NCBI GenBank assembly: GCA_013239625.1 | Contig: MU056898.1 | Location: 2,013,717-2,077,716, forward strand | DNA length: 64,000 nucleotides | Source: Lama guanicoe | Lineage: Eukaryota | Direction of reading: 5' to 3' | Part shown: piece by piece, positions 22,250 to 36,182 of the stretch | Layout: the number at the start of each line of letters is the position of its first letter | Numbering within the stretch: position 1 is the stretch's first letter | Program-made: the position numbers and the translations under genes | The notes under the pieces: model-generated | Told to the model about the DNA's origin: nothing | Database searches by the model: none | Seen by the model: the letters and a program-made list of their open reading frames with translations, nothing else

Positions 22250-25200
22250 GCAGAGCGACTTCCTGCTGAAATATAAGATTTAAAAGAAATCAAGACTCTT
22301 CGAACTTAATAACCAGAATGTCTAGGATACACTAAAAAGTCTCCTGTTACGCTGGGAAAACTATCCTGTGAATGTGAAAGCAAATGAACTGACGTGAATG
22401 CCAAGATGAACAAGACTTGGGGTCATCTGATGAGGATTTTTAAAGCAGTCATAAAAATGCTTTTTAAAATTTGTATGAATTCTTTTGAGACAGATGAAAA
22501 TAGAAGATCTTAACAAAAAAATAGAAGCATTAAAAAGAGCCAAGTGAGAAAGAAAAATACTAAATGATTATCACTTATATGTGAATCTTAAAAAAAAAAA
22601 CGAACTTATTTACAAAACTGAAACAGACTCACATACACAGAAAACAAACCTGTGGTTATGGGGGAGGGGAAGAGGGTGGGAAGGGATAAATGGGGAGTTT
22701 GTGATTTGCAGATACTAATGTATAGAAATAGATAAGTAAGTTTATACTGTACAGCACAGGGAACTATATTCAATATCTTGTAGTAACTTACAGTGAAAGA
22801 GGATGTAAAAATGAATATATGTATGTTTCTACGTGACTGAAGCATTGTGCTGCACACCAGAAATTGACACAACACTATAAACTATACTACAGTAGAAAAA
22901 AAGAACCAAGTGGAAATTACAGAATTGAAAAGTACAATGACCAAATTAACGTGTCCACTGCTGGGCACAGTGTGTCCGTCACTGGATGGACATAGTGACA
23001 GGAAAGAATCAGGGAACTCGAAGGTAGAGCAATGAGATTTACACGATCTAAGCAAGAGAGGGACGGTAAGTGGACGAGCCTCGGATCTGCAGGACGGTGA
23101 GTGTTTCCACCAGAGTCTTAGAACAGGGAGAACGTGGGCTGAAAAAGTGTTTGAAGATGGATGAAAACTTCCCGAATTTGGTGAAAGACGAACCCACACA
23201 TAAAAGGAGCAGAGGAAGTCCTAAGTGGTATAAGCCCTCTAGAAATTCACACGAAGACACATCATAATTTAACTTCTGAAAACTAAAGACAGAGAAAAAC
23301 AAATGTAAAACAGCCCTAGAGCGGAACACTGGTGTGAAAGGTGGCAGATTTCTCGTCTGAAATCACAGTGTCTGGAAGGAAGTGTTGAAGGAAAAAAACT
23401 GTCCGCTGAATCTTCCATCCGGCGAAACGATCCTTCAGGGCTGAACGCGGACACTGACGTTCTTGGACAAAGGCAGGCCAAGAGAACTGTCGCTGGTAGA
23501 CTTACTCTGGAGGATGGACCAAAGGAAGCTCCAAACACGAAGGACCTTGTCGCTGAAGGCTGGGCCTTCCGGAAGTTACGAACAAGGGGGAGGGTGAAAT
23601 GGAAGTAAACGTGACCACCTTTCACCTCACGAGCTTCCTGGATCGCACCCGTTGGTTGAAGCGGAAGTTGTAACACTGATGTGCTCAGTGCACGTGGAGG
23701 AAGTATTTACGACAGTTGTGTTTGAAGAGCGAGAGGGGTGAAGGGCAGTTTCTACCCTGTGTTGGACGTGGTAAAATATCGAAGCCAGTAGGCTGATGAT
23801 CACACGTGTGTGTGGGAGTGTCTAGAGCAGCTGCAAAGAAAAGTAAACAGTGACGTACTCAAGACATCAGGAAGTGGGAATCTAAAAGATTTGCACATTT
23901 CCCGCAATAAAGGGAAGGGAGAGGGAGTGAACAGAAGTAATAAAACAGCAGACTTAAGCCCCAGTGTGTCTGCAATTACTTTAAATGTAAATGTCCTACA
24001 CACACCAGTTAGAAGACAGAGGTTGGCAGAGGGAATAAAGAGCCACAGCCCAACCGCCTGTCGTCCACCGTGTGCTGAAACTCCCTCCACACACGGCGAT
24101 GTGGGAAGACCGGAAGTGGAAGGGCAGGACGAGGTGTGTCCTGTAAACATTCATTTTTAGAGACAATAATCAATACCAGCCTGCTGAGGCTGCAGAGCAG
24201 GTGAAACTTCTAGGGGAAAAGGTCCACTGCGTAACAAAGGGGCCTGTCCACCAGGAAGACCTGCCACATTTGCAGACTTTGGTGACCCAGACGACAGGCC
24301 TTCACAGCACACACAGTGAAAGCTGGCAAAGCTGGAAGGGGGAGACCAACCCCCAATCACAGGTGAGGGCCTCGACCCTCACTCTCAAGGGTCACACTCT
24401 TGGACCTTCCACAAGGACGTAGGACAGCGGCGGTGGACACTCGCAGAACACCCCATGCAGCAAGGGCAGAATGCACGTTGCTCACAGGCGCCCAGGAAGA
24501 AGCCAGGGCAGGACGGATCCTGGGCCACAAAACAGCTCAGCGACCGTAAAACAAGTGCCGTCACACAGCGCGTGCTCTCAGACAAAAATGGAGTCGAACT
24601 AAAAATCAGGGACACAGAGCCAGCAGGAGGGTCTTCAGATGCGGACACTGATTTCTCTGGTCTACTTGGAAGAAGAATGGAAGGGACTGTTGGTGCGTGC
24701 GAGAGCTCGGGTGCGTCTCGGGCCCACGCTGAGCAAATGGAGACGTGAAAGGACATGGTGCTCGGTTCCTCTTGTGTGACGTTCATGAGGCAGTGTAATT
24801 CCAGGGACGGGGGGCACACTCGTGGTCTCCAGGGGCTTGGGGTGGGGCTGGGGGTGACTTTCCAGGCACCTGTTGTAGTGACGGTTCTTGAGTGTCCTCA
24901 CATTGGTGGTGGCTCCAGGAACACTGAGGGGCCCCCGCCCTCCTGTCCCCTTTCCCCAGACGCTCTTCCAGACTGAACAGAAATAAACAGGCAATAGAAC
25001 AGAAGGACCAGTACGTGAAAGTAGGTGAAAGATGCCTGCAAAAGGAGAAGAGTGAGCAACACGAAACAGGACAGGAGGGCGGAGGAGAGGAAGGCGTGCA
25101 CGGTGGAGGCAGAAGCGCCGGTTAGCAGACTCCCGGGAAAGGGTGTTTAATGGGGGAGTGGGGACAGATTTTCCAGAGCTCAGATCGAAGGGCCCACCCA

Positions 25201-26960
25201 GGGCCAGAGAGGCACTCACGTTGGCTTGTTGTGAAACTGAATGTCAAAGACAGGAATTCGTGAGACTGTCAGAGAAAAAGAATAGGTTGCCTTCAAACGA
25301 ACAAGAATCAAATTGGTATCAGGTATTTTTCGAGTCTGCAAATACCTTTATTATTGCTTTCAGTTGACTGAAAAAAAAGCTGATTTTTTTCCTTCCAACA
25401 ACAAAATATACAGACAAATCTGAACACAGTAAAAAAGAATAATAAAGGTAGAACAGAAAGTAGCCAAACAGTGAAATGAACACACGACAGAGAATGCCAT
25501 TAAAACCAAGAGTCTGTCGTTTTTAAAGGTGAATAAAATCGATGACTCCCTTGTCAAGACTGCAGGGGAGAAGCTCAGAGGCACAGATTCCAGCATGAGT
25601 ATGAAAGGGGGCATCAGGGAGGGTTCTAGGCGCTTTTTAAAAGATGCTATAGTGATGCAAACCACTTCAGGCCAAAGAGTTTATGAAGTAGAGGACGTTC
25701 TAGGAAAAGATAATTTACTAAAACTTCCACAAGATGAAGTAGAAAGTCAGGAGAGTCTACTAGCTATGGAAGAAGAATTTATCATTTAAAAGCTTCCCAC
25801 AATAAAGGCTGTTAGCACAAACGGCATTCCCAGCAGACACTTAAGGACGCTTGCTTGGCAAGGCGGTAACTGCCGTCTGAAACGGGGGGCGGGGGTGTCT
25901 CCCCGCTCTTGTGAAGCCGGCACCGCAGCTGTGATCCCAGAAGGTGACCAGGACATCCCAGAAAGGAACGCTGTGGAACACCCTCTTGTGCTGAACCCAG
26001 GTGCGAGGTCCTAAACAAAACCGCAGATTAAATCTGCAAATGAGGCATTTTATGAAGGATGCTACGTTGTGACCAGACTGAGTTTATTCCAGGGGTGCAG
26101 GTTAGTTTTTTAACATTAAAGGTTCATATAATTGACCACATTTTGAAAAAAGGGGAAGACTCGTGATCATCTCGGTAGATGCAGATAAAGCATCTGATGA
26201 AATTCGACACCTGTTTATGATGAAAAAACTTAGGAAAAATTAGGAATAGGAGGGAAATTCTATAAGGCACATCTCCAAATATTCCACAGCAAAACAGCAC
26301 ATTAAGTGTGGCTGTTTCTAGAGCAGCCCGCTTTTCTCCCCACCTTTTCCCACTGAAGTTGAACCTAAGCTGGCCTGGAACTCGGCCGTTAGACAGGGTT
26401 GGAAATGGTGCTGAGCCGCGGCCACGCCTGGTGTCGAAGGTCTGGCGAGCACCTCACCTGTCTGGATGCTTATTGCAAAAAACAGAAACTAACACAGGTT
26501 TGGGAGCACGTGGAGGAATTAGGACCCTGGTGCATCGCTGGTGGGATGCAAAGTCCCGTGGCCATCGTGGAAGTGGTGTGGTGGGTCCTCACGAGGTCTG
26601 CGGAGGGTCAGCACGTGGCCCAGCGGTTCCGCGTCCGAATGTGCTGCTGGAGGAAGGGAAAACGGGGCCCACGGGGTCTGCACACCCAGGCTTAGGGCAG
26701 TGGCCTCAGCACAGCTGAAGGTGGGGGCAGCCCGGGCTCCTCAAAGGGTGAGTAGATAGACTCCTGTGTATACGTGGGATATGTTTACACTCACGTATGT
26801 GTACGTGTGAGTGTGACTCAGCTGTAGACAGGAATGCGGTGCTGACACCTGCTACCAGCAGATGGACCTCAGAAAGGCTGTACAGAGTGGAAGACGCCAG
26901 ACTGCAAAGGCCACATGTCTGGTTCCACTTCTGTGAGGCACGTGATGTGGCCTCAGCCAC
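22250..26960 (+). mobile_element. Large degenerate L1 with ORF1, ORF2 endonuclease/RT and 3' remnants, plus nested inserts
   Basis: ORF1-like MDENFPNLVKD, EN-like SAITLNVNVLHTPVRRQRLAEGIK, RT-like atcatctcggtagatgcagataaagcatctgatgaaattcgacacc; many stops and frameshifts. Confidence 0.85.
22547..22897 (+). mobile_element. Younger 5'-truncated L1 3' end nested in the older L1
   Basis: acagcacagggaactatattcaatatcttgtagtaac 3'UTR motif; TSD aaaaagagccaagtg (22532-22546) / aaaaagaaccaagtg (22898-22912). Confidence 0.88.
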
Positions 26961-27729
26961 GGTGGCCTGGGGGCTGGGAGTTCGAGTTGCCAGAGGCTGT
27001 TCTGATGCAGGAGTGGTCGGAGCCCGATGGGCAGGTTTGGGGCCTGTGGCTGGGAGAGAAAGGGACAGAGAAAGCGGCCTCTCTCTCCTTTCCCAGCCCG
27101 CTCCCCCAGCTCGCTGGGGAGGGTGCTCTTTCTCTACATCACGTTGGGGCTTTAGTTGTCTCATAGTCCTGGACACTTACAGTGACTGAGATGGCACCGG
27201 GTTTGTGTCTCAACGTGACCGCAGAGCTTTGAAATCTCTGTGTTTGAGCCCAGATGTGGTGGAGCTGTCCAAACGTGTCCGTAGGGTCAGAGAAGGAGCT
27301 TCCTCCACTGAATAAATTGTAACTAGTCGGCAGAGGTAAGGAAACAGCGGGAGTCTCCTCCTGGCGTCCTCGTTCCGTGTCCCGCTTACGCATGCCTTTT
27401 AAACCAGCACAATAAACTGATTCCAGCGATGCACCTGGTTGGCTCGCTCACGTCTCACCCAGCCGGCGCTGGGGGCACGCGGCGCTCCGATGGGCCCGTC
27501 GTGGCTCAGGCACGTGCAGCTCCTCCTCACGGAGCTGGTGGCTGGCTCTTTCTCTCCAAACTGTTTTCTGCCTGGTACAAGGCCACCACTGTCACGTGCA
27601 ACATCCCTGTAAACGTGTGGCTTTGGTTCTTTGTTCCGATCGCTCAGCGTTTGTTCCTTCAGCTGCCGGATTCACGTGTCTGGATGCTTTTATCCTTGTG
27701 ACGTGTTTTCGGTTTGGCCTTGCTCAGTA

Positions 27730-28075
27730 TTGCGTGCTTCCTCCCGCCCCAGTGCCCCAGCCACTAAGACACAGCAGGCTTGCCGGGTGGATGTGAACAG
27801 TCCCTGTCTCAGGCTGGAGGCTGGACGTCCAAGATCAAGGCAGGAGTCCTGCCTGAGGAGGACCCGCATCCTGGCTTGTGGATGGCGCCTCCTTGCAGTG
27901 TCCTCACGTGGGGAAGGGGCCAGGGGCTCTCTGGGTCCCTCCTAAAAGGGCACCAATCCCGTCCCGGGGGCCCCACCCTCATGACCTCATCGCCCCAGAG
28001 CCCCGTCTCCTGACACCTTCACGCTGGGGGTTAGGATTTAAGGTGCAAATCTGCGGGACGCAAATACGCAGCCTG
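27730..28075 (-). mobile_element. MLT1A-like LTR
   Basis: ggctggaggctggacgtccaagatcaaggc...ccccaccctcatgacctcat...gggggttaggattt. Confidence 0.7.
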
Positions 28076-30585
28076 TTCCTGGAGCTATCTCCTGACACTG
28101 GGCACCAGCGCAGGCGTGAGGTGGGCCTGTCTCCCTCGAGCCCTGAGCAGCAGTTACCAGTCTCTGCAGACGATGCACTGCAAGCTCGGGGACTTCCACT
28201 CACCAGTTATCTGAGTGTGGGTCAGGAGTCCAGGCGTGTCCGCTGGGCGGTGGCCTCCAGGCCAGGGCTGGGGCCTCCTCTGCGAGCCTCCTCTGGGGTC
28301 CTCTGCCTGGGGGCTGCCCACCACTCCCACAAAACCCCACCGGAAGCGACGCTTAAGTTAGATTTATCGACTTGTGTGGCAAAATCTGTGTGAGCGCTCA
28401 CATCCAGGCCTAAAAGCTGCAGAGTAGAGGGCGCTGCTGCTGTGCCTCCTCTGTCTCTCGGGACCGACGTTTCCTCGTCCCAGCTCCCACTCTCCCTCCC
28501 CCTGGGTCTCTGTCTTCCATCCCGGGGAGGAATTAGCTGACTTCCCGAGGAGTGGGCGTGGCTGGAGGAACAGTGATTAGTGCACTGCAAGCTCGGCTCC
28601 CAGCCCCCTGTCCCCCAGATCCTCATCTGTACGCTGGGGCTGAGAGTTAGTTCACCCTGATGTGAGGTTCGGTGGCCCCTCCAGGTAGGGTTCCCGGCTC
28701 AGAGTCCTCCCAGAGTGAGTCCTCCCTGAGTATCCAGCACTTACCCTCTGGCCCCTCTGCAGGTGGCCCCAGCCCCGCGCTCACACCGGGGGTCGGCCTG
28801 CAAGGCCAGGAGGTGGACGGCCAGCAGATGTTGGTCTGTCTCCTTGCCCTGCAGGGTGGACAACAGAGACACTGCCTGTGCCTGCCTGGGGCTCCCCGCA
28901 AAGCAAACAGCCTCTGCAGGTCACGCAGGAGCACTTGGGACAGGGCCGCAGTGTGCAGGGAGCCCCGGGCGGGGCGGCACCTGCAGAGGCCCAGCCTCAT
29001 CGGCAGGTGAGGGAGCCCCAGGGAGGGTTCCCCACAGAAGTCACGTCCAGGCTGTCTTTGCAGGTGAGCTGGTGTTGGCAGAGCCAGGAATTTGGGGCGG
29101 GCGATGGTTGGAAAATAATGTGGCTTTGAAGTTGTTTTTTTCAAGACTTGATCACTCGGGCTTCAGGGGAGTAGTAGCGTGGGGATGGGCCCCCTCCCTG
29201 TGGTGGGGGGGCACGCAGACCAGCGCGACTTGCTGGGACTTTCGAATGATGTGATCATCTTCCTAGGAAGATGTGGCTGTTTGGACACCTTGTGAGACCA
29301 GATTTGTCTCTGTCCAGTGGGGTGGTGACCTCAGCCTAGCTGTGCCCCACCCGTGGTCCACACGGTTTCTGACCCTGCCCCGGGAGGGATGTCCCTGCGA
29401 CCGCCACAGATCATTTTTGGGGGCTGTCTGGGGGGACGGGGGGTCATGTACTTCAGGGTGGGTCCACATGGATACTTCTCAGTCACAGAAACCACGGCGT
29501 AGCCAACACGGACATTTCCTAGTTCACACAGCTGGGAGGCCCAGGGGGCAGAGCTGAGCAATAGCCAAAGGTTTCAATTGCTTGTGGGTTGAAGTTTCGA
29601 TTCTGTTGAGACTGGACTTCAGTTCCCCAAAGTGACTCTTTCAGTGACTGGGGCAGGTGCCAGTGTACCTGAGGTGTGGACGAGGCCAGGCACACGTTGA
29701 GGGAGAGGGATGGGGAGCAGAAAGGGGCTCTGAGTGTGACCACCTGCGTGCGTCTGTGACTTTCCCTTCAGCTGCCAGGAGGGAGCTGGCCCGCATCAGC
29801 CCTGCTGGGGAGCTTGCCTGGCAAGGCTGCCCCCACGGTGGTGTGCCTGTGTGGGTGTGGGAGCAGGGACAGGTGAGCCTGGACAGCAGAGCAGAGGCCT
29901 TCCCCTTCAAGGCCTGGGTCCCTCCCCCTCTCCTGGGATTCAGACCACTAGGGAAGGGGTGGGGACCCCCAGCTGCCTGAGATGCAGTTTCCTCCTCCAC
30001 CCGGCAGGGTGAAGGCAACAGCGAATGAGGGCTTCCCTTTGCTGCAGGCCCGGCCTTGTGGGTTAGGACATCACCAAGGGCCTCTGCTGGCCTCAGTGAC
30101 CTCCTGGATGCCCATGGGTGGTGGCAAGAATTTAGGATGACCCTGCGATTTCCCCCGGGGCATCCGGGAGAAGCTGGTGCCCTTAAACCAAGAAAAGGAA
30201 ATCAGCTAACCTCTCCCGAGGGTGGCCTGGGCCCGCCTACCACCCCTGCAGGCCCTGAGCTGAAGACAGACCCCGGAGGACAGGCTGGTGCCTTGCACGT
30301 GTGTACATGGGACATCCCAGGTGTGGAGGGGGCTGGCCATCACCCTGAAGCCCCACAGGCTGCAACCAACGGGGGTGGGGGGACAATCGCAGGGTCCCCA
30401 GTGGAGGGAGTTTGGGGGTGGCAGTGGTGTCCTGACCAAGCTACACAGGGATCTGTGTGTCCAATGTGAGGCCTGTCAGCCCCAAAGCCCAGGGTGGAGG
30501 ATTGGTGGGTGGGGAAAGGGTGGGGGGCAGTCAGGAGCAGGGGAGGGNNNNNNNNNNNNNNNNNNNNNNNNNNNNNNNNNNNNNN

Positions 30586-31010
30586 GGGGGCGGCGCGGGG
30601 CGGGCGGAGGGCGGCGCCGCTGCAGTGCGGGGACCCGCTTGCTCGCCGTCCCGCGTCTCTGCGTCCCTGCGCACCGCCTCCGGTCTCCGGCACCGCGCAT
30701 CCAGGTACGCGGGGCTGGGCTGGGGTGGGGTCTGCGGCGGCCCCCTCCGCATGCCTGTCCGGGGCTGGGTCTGCACCGGGAGGCCTCGGGGAATGTGGGC
30801 CCTTGGGGAGCCCCTGGCCCCTCGGCTGGACCCTAGCCCGAGGCGCCGCCGTGGTGCGGGGCGCGGAGGCCGGGGACGCGGAGGCCAGGGCTGGGGTCCC
30901 CGCGGCCGCGTGCGCCGCCGGGCGGGCCGGGTTCCGCGCCGGTTCCGGGCTGTGATTGCGACCTGGCCGGAGCGCGGGCGGGGAACGCGGGCCTGCCTTT
31001 GTCCCCGGGC
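30586..31010 (+). promoter_or_regulatory. CpG island; proximal PRKAR1B promoter with a putative non-coding exon ending at 30704
   Basis: GC boxes at 30586-30620, CpG-dense, donor CAG|GTACGC at 30704/30705, about 0.8 kb upstream of the ATG exon; N-run at 30548-30585. Confidence 0.8.
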
Positions 31011-31485
31011 TTGTCCTCCTGGGGCCCCTCAGCCTCGCTCCGTTTGTTTTCCTGCCTCCCCTTTCCTGCGGAGCTTGCAAGGGCACCCCAACCCCATCTC
31101 CCATGGCGTTCGGCTGGGGTGGGAGGTACAGCCCCCCCCCCACTGTTCTCCTGAAAGAGGGTATGGATGCAAGTGAGGCCGCACAACCGCCTGCTGGACC
31201 CTCAGGAGCCCCCCCGCCCTGCACTGCTGCTTCTCAACAGCGTGCAAAACCTGCCTGGTCCACCCCCGTCCGCGGGGGGTCTGTTAGCTGTTAGGCATCG
31301 CGGTGGTTGTGTTAACAGGTCATCTCGCTGACAAGTGCAGGGTAAAACGCCCGGGCCATGTGAGCACATCGCGTCAGTCCTTGGATCAGCCTGCACGGGT
31401 AAACCTTAGGATGCGTGTAGGACAGGTGTTCACCGAACCACGAGCCTGATCCCTGTTCTCCTCCCCAGGTGCAGTCCCGCTGACC

Positions 31486-31662
31486 ATGGCCTCGCCGTCG
31501 CCTTACCCGCTGGAGGAGGACGAGGCTCTGCGAGGCTGCGAGCTCTACGTCCAGAAGCACAGCGTCCAGCAGGTGCTCAGGGACTGCATCGTGCACCTCT
31601 GCGTCTCCAAGCCCGACCGCCCCATGAGGTTCCTCCGGGAACACTTCGAGAAGCTGGAGAAG
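31486..31662 (+). CDS. PRKAR1B: PRKAR1B (PKA type I-beta regulatory subunit) first coding exon, dimerisation/docking domain; the exon starts at 31469
   Basis: Acceptor ctccccAG at 31467-68, Kozak ACCATGG; [59 protein letters not shown]; donor AAG|GTCAGT; 177 nt. Confidence 0.97.
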
Positions 31663-32571
31663 GTCAGTGCAGGGCACCCGCCAACCCTTTCCGCCACCGT
31701 CCTCACGGGGCCTGGAGTGCCTGTGGTAGTGTCCTTCCAAAGCGGTTTGCCGGAGCTGGGGGCTCTGTCCTCCCAGCCACAGAACCCCTTCTCCTCCCAG
31801 GTGGTCCAGGGCCTTCAGGGGGCTGGCGGAAGGCGGTGCAGATGTTTGGGAAAGGCTGACTGTGATTAGAACCTGTGGGGCTCACAGATGGTTTTCAGCT
31901 CGGGACGGAAGTGGCACTGGGTCTCGTAGATTTCCTCGGCACTGGGGCAAAACAGCTCTGGCAGAGTGTGATGTGGGATGTCTGGGGTCAGCTTGCACAT
32001 TGTCTGCGTCTCTGGGACTCAGCAGAGGCTGGCCTGCCCCGCAAACGTGTGTGTGCACGGGTTGGGGTGGGACACATGCCTGATCTGCCCCTCTCTACTG
32101 AGGAGAGGGTCCCCGAGCTCACTCCTCCCGAATGACACCTGTCACCCCCTTGCTGGCTCATCGTGGGAAGCAAGCGGATGGTCCAGGAAGCGGCAGGTTG
32201 GGACAGGAGCCCCTGTCAGCCTGCCCTGCTGCCCCTCCCTCCCTTGGGCTCTCGGCCCAGAACACTCTCTGGGGTCACCTGAGGTTCCTCCTCCTGGCCC
32301 TCGTATCACAGCATAACTGTCCCTGTCCGTCTGCCATGGGGACTGAATGGGAGCCCCGGGGCCGGGTCTGTGTTTAAGCACCTCTCAGCCCGTGCCCCGC
32401 CTCCCAGCAGTGTCTTACTTCTGACGGGAACTCTTGTGGACACATAGCCCAACCCGAAGGAATGGATTTATTTCTTCCCTTCAAAACAATCCATGAAAAA
32501 CATTTTATAGCAATACATGCCTTTAAAGAAAATCTGAGAAGTTCAGGAGTGGAAAGAAGAGGTAAACGTTG

Positions 32572-32814
32572 TCTGTGGTCCCTCCCCCCTGTGTGGACGT
32601 GGGCTCTGTGGCCCCTTCCCTGTGTGGTCGTGGGATCCGCAGCCCCTCCCCTGTGTGGACGTGGGCTCTGCGGCCCCCCTGCTCTGTGGACGTGGGCCCT
32701 GCAGCACCCCCGCTGTGTGGACGTGGGATCTGTGGCCCCTCCCCTGTATGGACGTGGGATCTGCGGCCCCCCCGCTGTGTGGACGTGGGATCTGTGGTCC
32801 CTCCACTGTGTGGA
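32572..32814. repeat. Minisatellite, about 31 bp x 8, consensus tctgYggcccctcccctgtgtggacgtgggM
   Basis: Directly visible tandem units. Confidence 0.92.
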
Positions 32815-33472
32815 TTTCGAGCATAGGTGTAGCCATGTCACAGACATGCGTACTTACAGTCTATTCTTCACTCACTTGTGTTAAGAAGATACAGCCATGT
32901 TTTCTCCACATTTCCCTCACGATTAGATGATTGAGTTATTTTCAGCTTTTTTTTTAACGTTAAAAATAATGCCACACGAACGTTTCTGTACTGAGATTTT
33001 TTTCCATGTGTAGTATTGTTGGTTTAGTGCAGCTTTTCGGAGATGGACTGATGGGGGCTCCCCAGAGCGGAGCATCAGTTCGCAGCCCCTCCAGCAGGGA
33101 CTGGGGCTGCTAGTGACCCACCTGAGCCCACTTTGGCTGTTTTAATTTTAAAAGCTGTTTTTGAATAGGTGGACCTGGCCACGTGGCCTTAATCCGTGTC
33201 TCTCTGGTTACTTTTGAGGTCCCCGTGAGGAGAGGAGCTCCAGTCCCCAGTCCCGCACCGAGGCCGGGGGCGGGGGATGGGATCGTTCCCTCACGTTTGA
33301 AGAGGGGGTGTCGTGCATCCTTACTTAACCTGGTTTGTTCACCAGTGACCCCAGCCTGGTGCCCTGTCTTTCAGGGGGTGACCTATTGGCAGGACCGAGA
33401 CAGGGAGCTCCTTAGGAGGCCAGAGGCGGGGTCCCGGCCAGACCTGAGCTGAGGCCACAGGGTGAGACTAGA

Positions 33473-33576
33473 GCAGACGGTCTCATCTAGGGGTCTCCTG
33501 CCCCCAGGGGACGTGTGCAGTGGCTGCAGACACTTTGGGTTGTTACGCTTGGCAGGGGCAGGGTGCTACTGTCACT
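33473..33576 (+). mobile_element. MER20 fragment
   Basis: cctgcccccaggggacgtgtgcagtggctgcagacactttgggttgttac...gggtgctactg resembles the MER20 5' half. Confidence 0.65.
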
Positions 33577-34069
33577 GGGGAGCGGAGATGGGGAGAGAGG
33601 AGCTGGGGGCTGCTGGCTTTGGTGGGGCTGTTCCAGGTCTTGCTGGTGGACTGGAGGTAGGGGGAGGAGAGAGGTGTGGGGCATGACTCCTGGCGTTTGG
33701 TCTGAAGGGGGTGCCACCTGCCAAGAAGGGGACAGTAGGAAGAGAACGGTTGGACCGGAAAAGGTCAAAGTGATGCTTTGGACGTGCTTGAGCTGTCAGA
33801 GAGGCTGTGGGACTGGAGCTTGGGGGAGAGGCGGGGACAAGGGTGGAGGTGTAGGGAGGTGGACTGGTCATACTTGCCTGGAGAAGCCTTGGTGACCTGC
33901 CTCTGACAGGTGAGGGCTGATGTCTGGAAGAGGTGGGGTGACTCGTCTGCAGACGACCAGGAAGCCTAGGTTCCAGTCTTGGTTCTAAACCGAGCATTTT
34001 CTTTTACTTAACTGTAAGGGGGTGGCATGAATCCTTATTTTCTCGGTGACGGTCACTGCGTTGCCACCA

Positions 34070-34470
34070 GAGTGTGCTTGGGCGGCTGTGACAAAGCACC
34101 CACGTTGGGGGCTTAACTGTCAAAGTCGCCTCTCGCGCAGCCTGGGGGCTGAGGTATGAGACCCAGGTGCCGCCGGGCGGGCTCCCCCCAGAGGACTTCC
34201 GGGGTCTTCCCAGGCCTGGCCCCTCGATGCTGGGGCTCTGTCTGTCCTCGGGCTCCCTGGCTGGTGGACACGTCTCCCCACCTCTGCCTCCTTCACGTGG
34301 CCTCTTCCTCTTTTTATATAAAAGGGACAGTCCTGTGGGCTTTGGGTCCACCCTGATGTCCTCGCTTTAACTAATGACCTCTGTGAGACCCCGTCCCCAA
34401 ATACGGTCACATTCTGAGGTCTGAGAGTAGGACCGCAGAGATCTATTTGGGGACACAGCTCAGCCCCAGC
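34070..34470 (-). mobile_element. MLT1 solo LTR
   Basis: gctgtgacaaagcaccc...ccccaaatacggtcacattctgaggt...ggggacacagctcagcccc. Confidence 0.78.
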
Positions 34471-35281
34471 AGCTGCCGTGGGCATGGGCGGGGCGGTGGG
34501 AGGAAAGAGCCAGTCACACAGAGCGCACGGGAGCAGGTCCGCTTTGTCCGACGGGCGCCGGCCGTGTCCAGCCCGAGCAGAGGGTGTGAGGGCCGGGCGC
34601 CCCTGCCCCCGATGCCGACCCAGCGGCGTCCAGGCGCGAGACCGGTTGAGTTCATGTCTTTTTCCTGTCCTGATACCTACTGGCTTTGGGGTGATTCTGT
34701 GGATGCTCTGAAGTCGTACGCGTGCATTTACACGTGGCTGCTTTTACTGGGGAGGCTGTTCCCCGTGTTTGCAGTGGATCTGACATCCCCAAAATGTAAG
34801 GTGCCTTGAAGAGCCCTGATGCCCGTTCACTTCCCGCTGCCTCTGCTGGAAGCCTGGGGTGCTCAGCTTTCCCCACTTGCGTCGGGAGTGGGGAGCAGGC
34901 GTCCGAGGCCTCCATCCGGCCCGGGTGCGACGCGGCGCCTGGCGCCCAGGCGAGTGAGCCGGGGTTGGGGAGGTGGAGCTCTCCAGGCGGAGACTTTGGG
35001 GGGTGAGATAGTCCTCACCCGCCGGCAGAACACAGACTCTGAGCTTCTCCCGGATCCGGGCTTCAGGAGGCCGGGCAACGACAAGGCATCGATCCTTCCA
35101 GCAGTGAGCTGTGGACGGTGTCGGGGAGGCGCCTTTACAGAGTGCGCTGGTTACACCGCACTTGCCGGCCAGCACTGCGTTCTTCTGAGGACTTCCCTGC
35201 TCAGCGGGGCGCACTGACACACGGGCCTGGACAGTTGTAGCCTACGTGCATTTTTTGTTTGATTTTTTTCTTAGTAGCGTC

Positions 35282-35307
35282 TGTGTGTGTGTGTGTGTGT
35301 GTGTGTG
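35282..35307. repeat. (TG)13 microsatellite
   Basis: Directly visible. Confidence 0.95.
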
Positions 35308-36182
35308 GTCAAATGTACATGACAAGATTTACCATTTGGACCACTTTCAGCGTGTGTTTCAGGGGCTTCAGGGCACCATGGTGCCTGCATCCTTCTTAGC
35401 CGCAGTTTCCTGGCATCTGGTGGCCTTACAGTGCTGCACGCGTGGATGGGTCACGGTTGTTACTTTCCTCCCCTTGTTTCCTGTTCGGTAGCTTTCAGTT
35501 TTTTATCCCTTCGTAAAACACCTTTATGCCAAAGAAATGAAAGAAAAAAATGAGTGTGTAAGCAGATGTGTCAGGAGAGGGCTTGGGGGCGCTGTCTGCG
35601 TAGCTTTACAGCTCCCAGTCTTGCTGCCGGTTCGCTCTCGAAGGACCCAGTGAGCTTGCAGCCCCCCTAGCGTGAGGCCACTGCCCTGTCGAAGACCCGC
35701 GGGGACAGGGGTTCTGGGCTGATTTCGGGCTTGCTCCGTCGAGCTGTCCGGGCCACCCCTGCGTCTCACCGCTGTGTCCCTGCAGTTTGCTGGGGTCAGG
35801 CGGTGTGAGTCTGACAGCTTTGCCGCTTTTCAGAGTTGTCTCTGTTTCCTGGTTCTCTCCAGGTGTGTCTTACAGTGATGTGGGTCGTACTGACCAAAAG
35901 GTCCTCCTGGGGTCTTGACTGGGATTACACTGAATGTATAAATCAGTCTGGGGTGAAGAGACATCTTAATAATATTGAATCTTCCAAACCACAAGCACAG
36001 AACTTCTCTGCGTTTATTTAAGCCTTTAATTTCTTTCATGAGTGAAGGAAAAACTTGTGTTGCTTTCAGTATACAGACCCTTCACATATTTTGTTCGGTT
36101 TACTCCTATTTCACTTCTTACTCTATTTTAATGGTACTTTAAAAAAAAATAGGCTTTACTTTTTAGAGCAGTTTGGGGTTTA

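Noticed and set aside
32572-32814. CRISPR-like periodicity
   Set aside because: Contiguous degenerate units with no unique spacers, in a mammalian intron.
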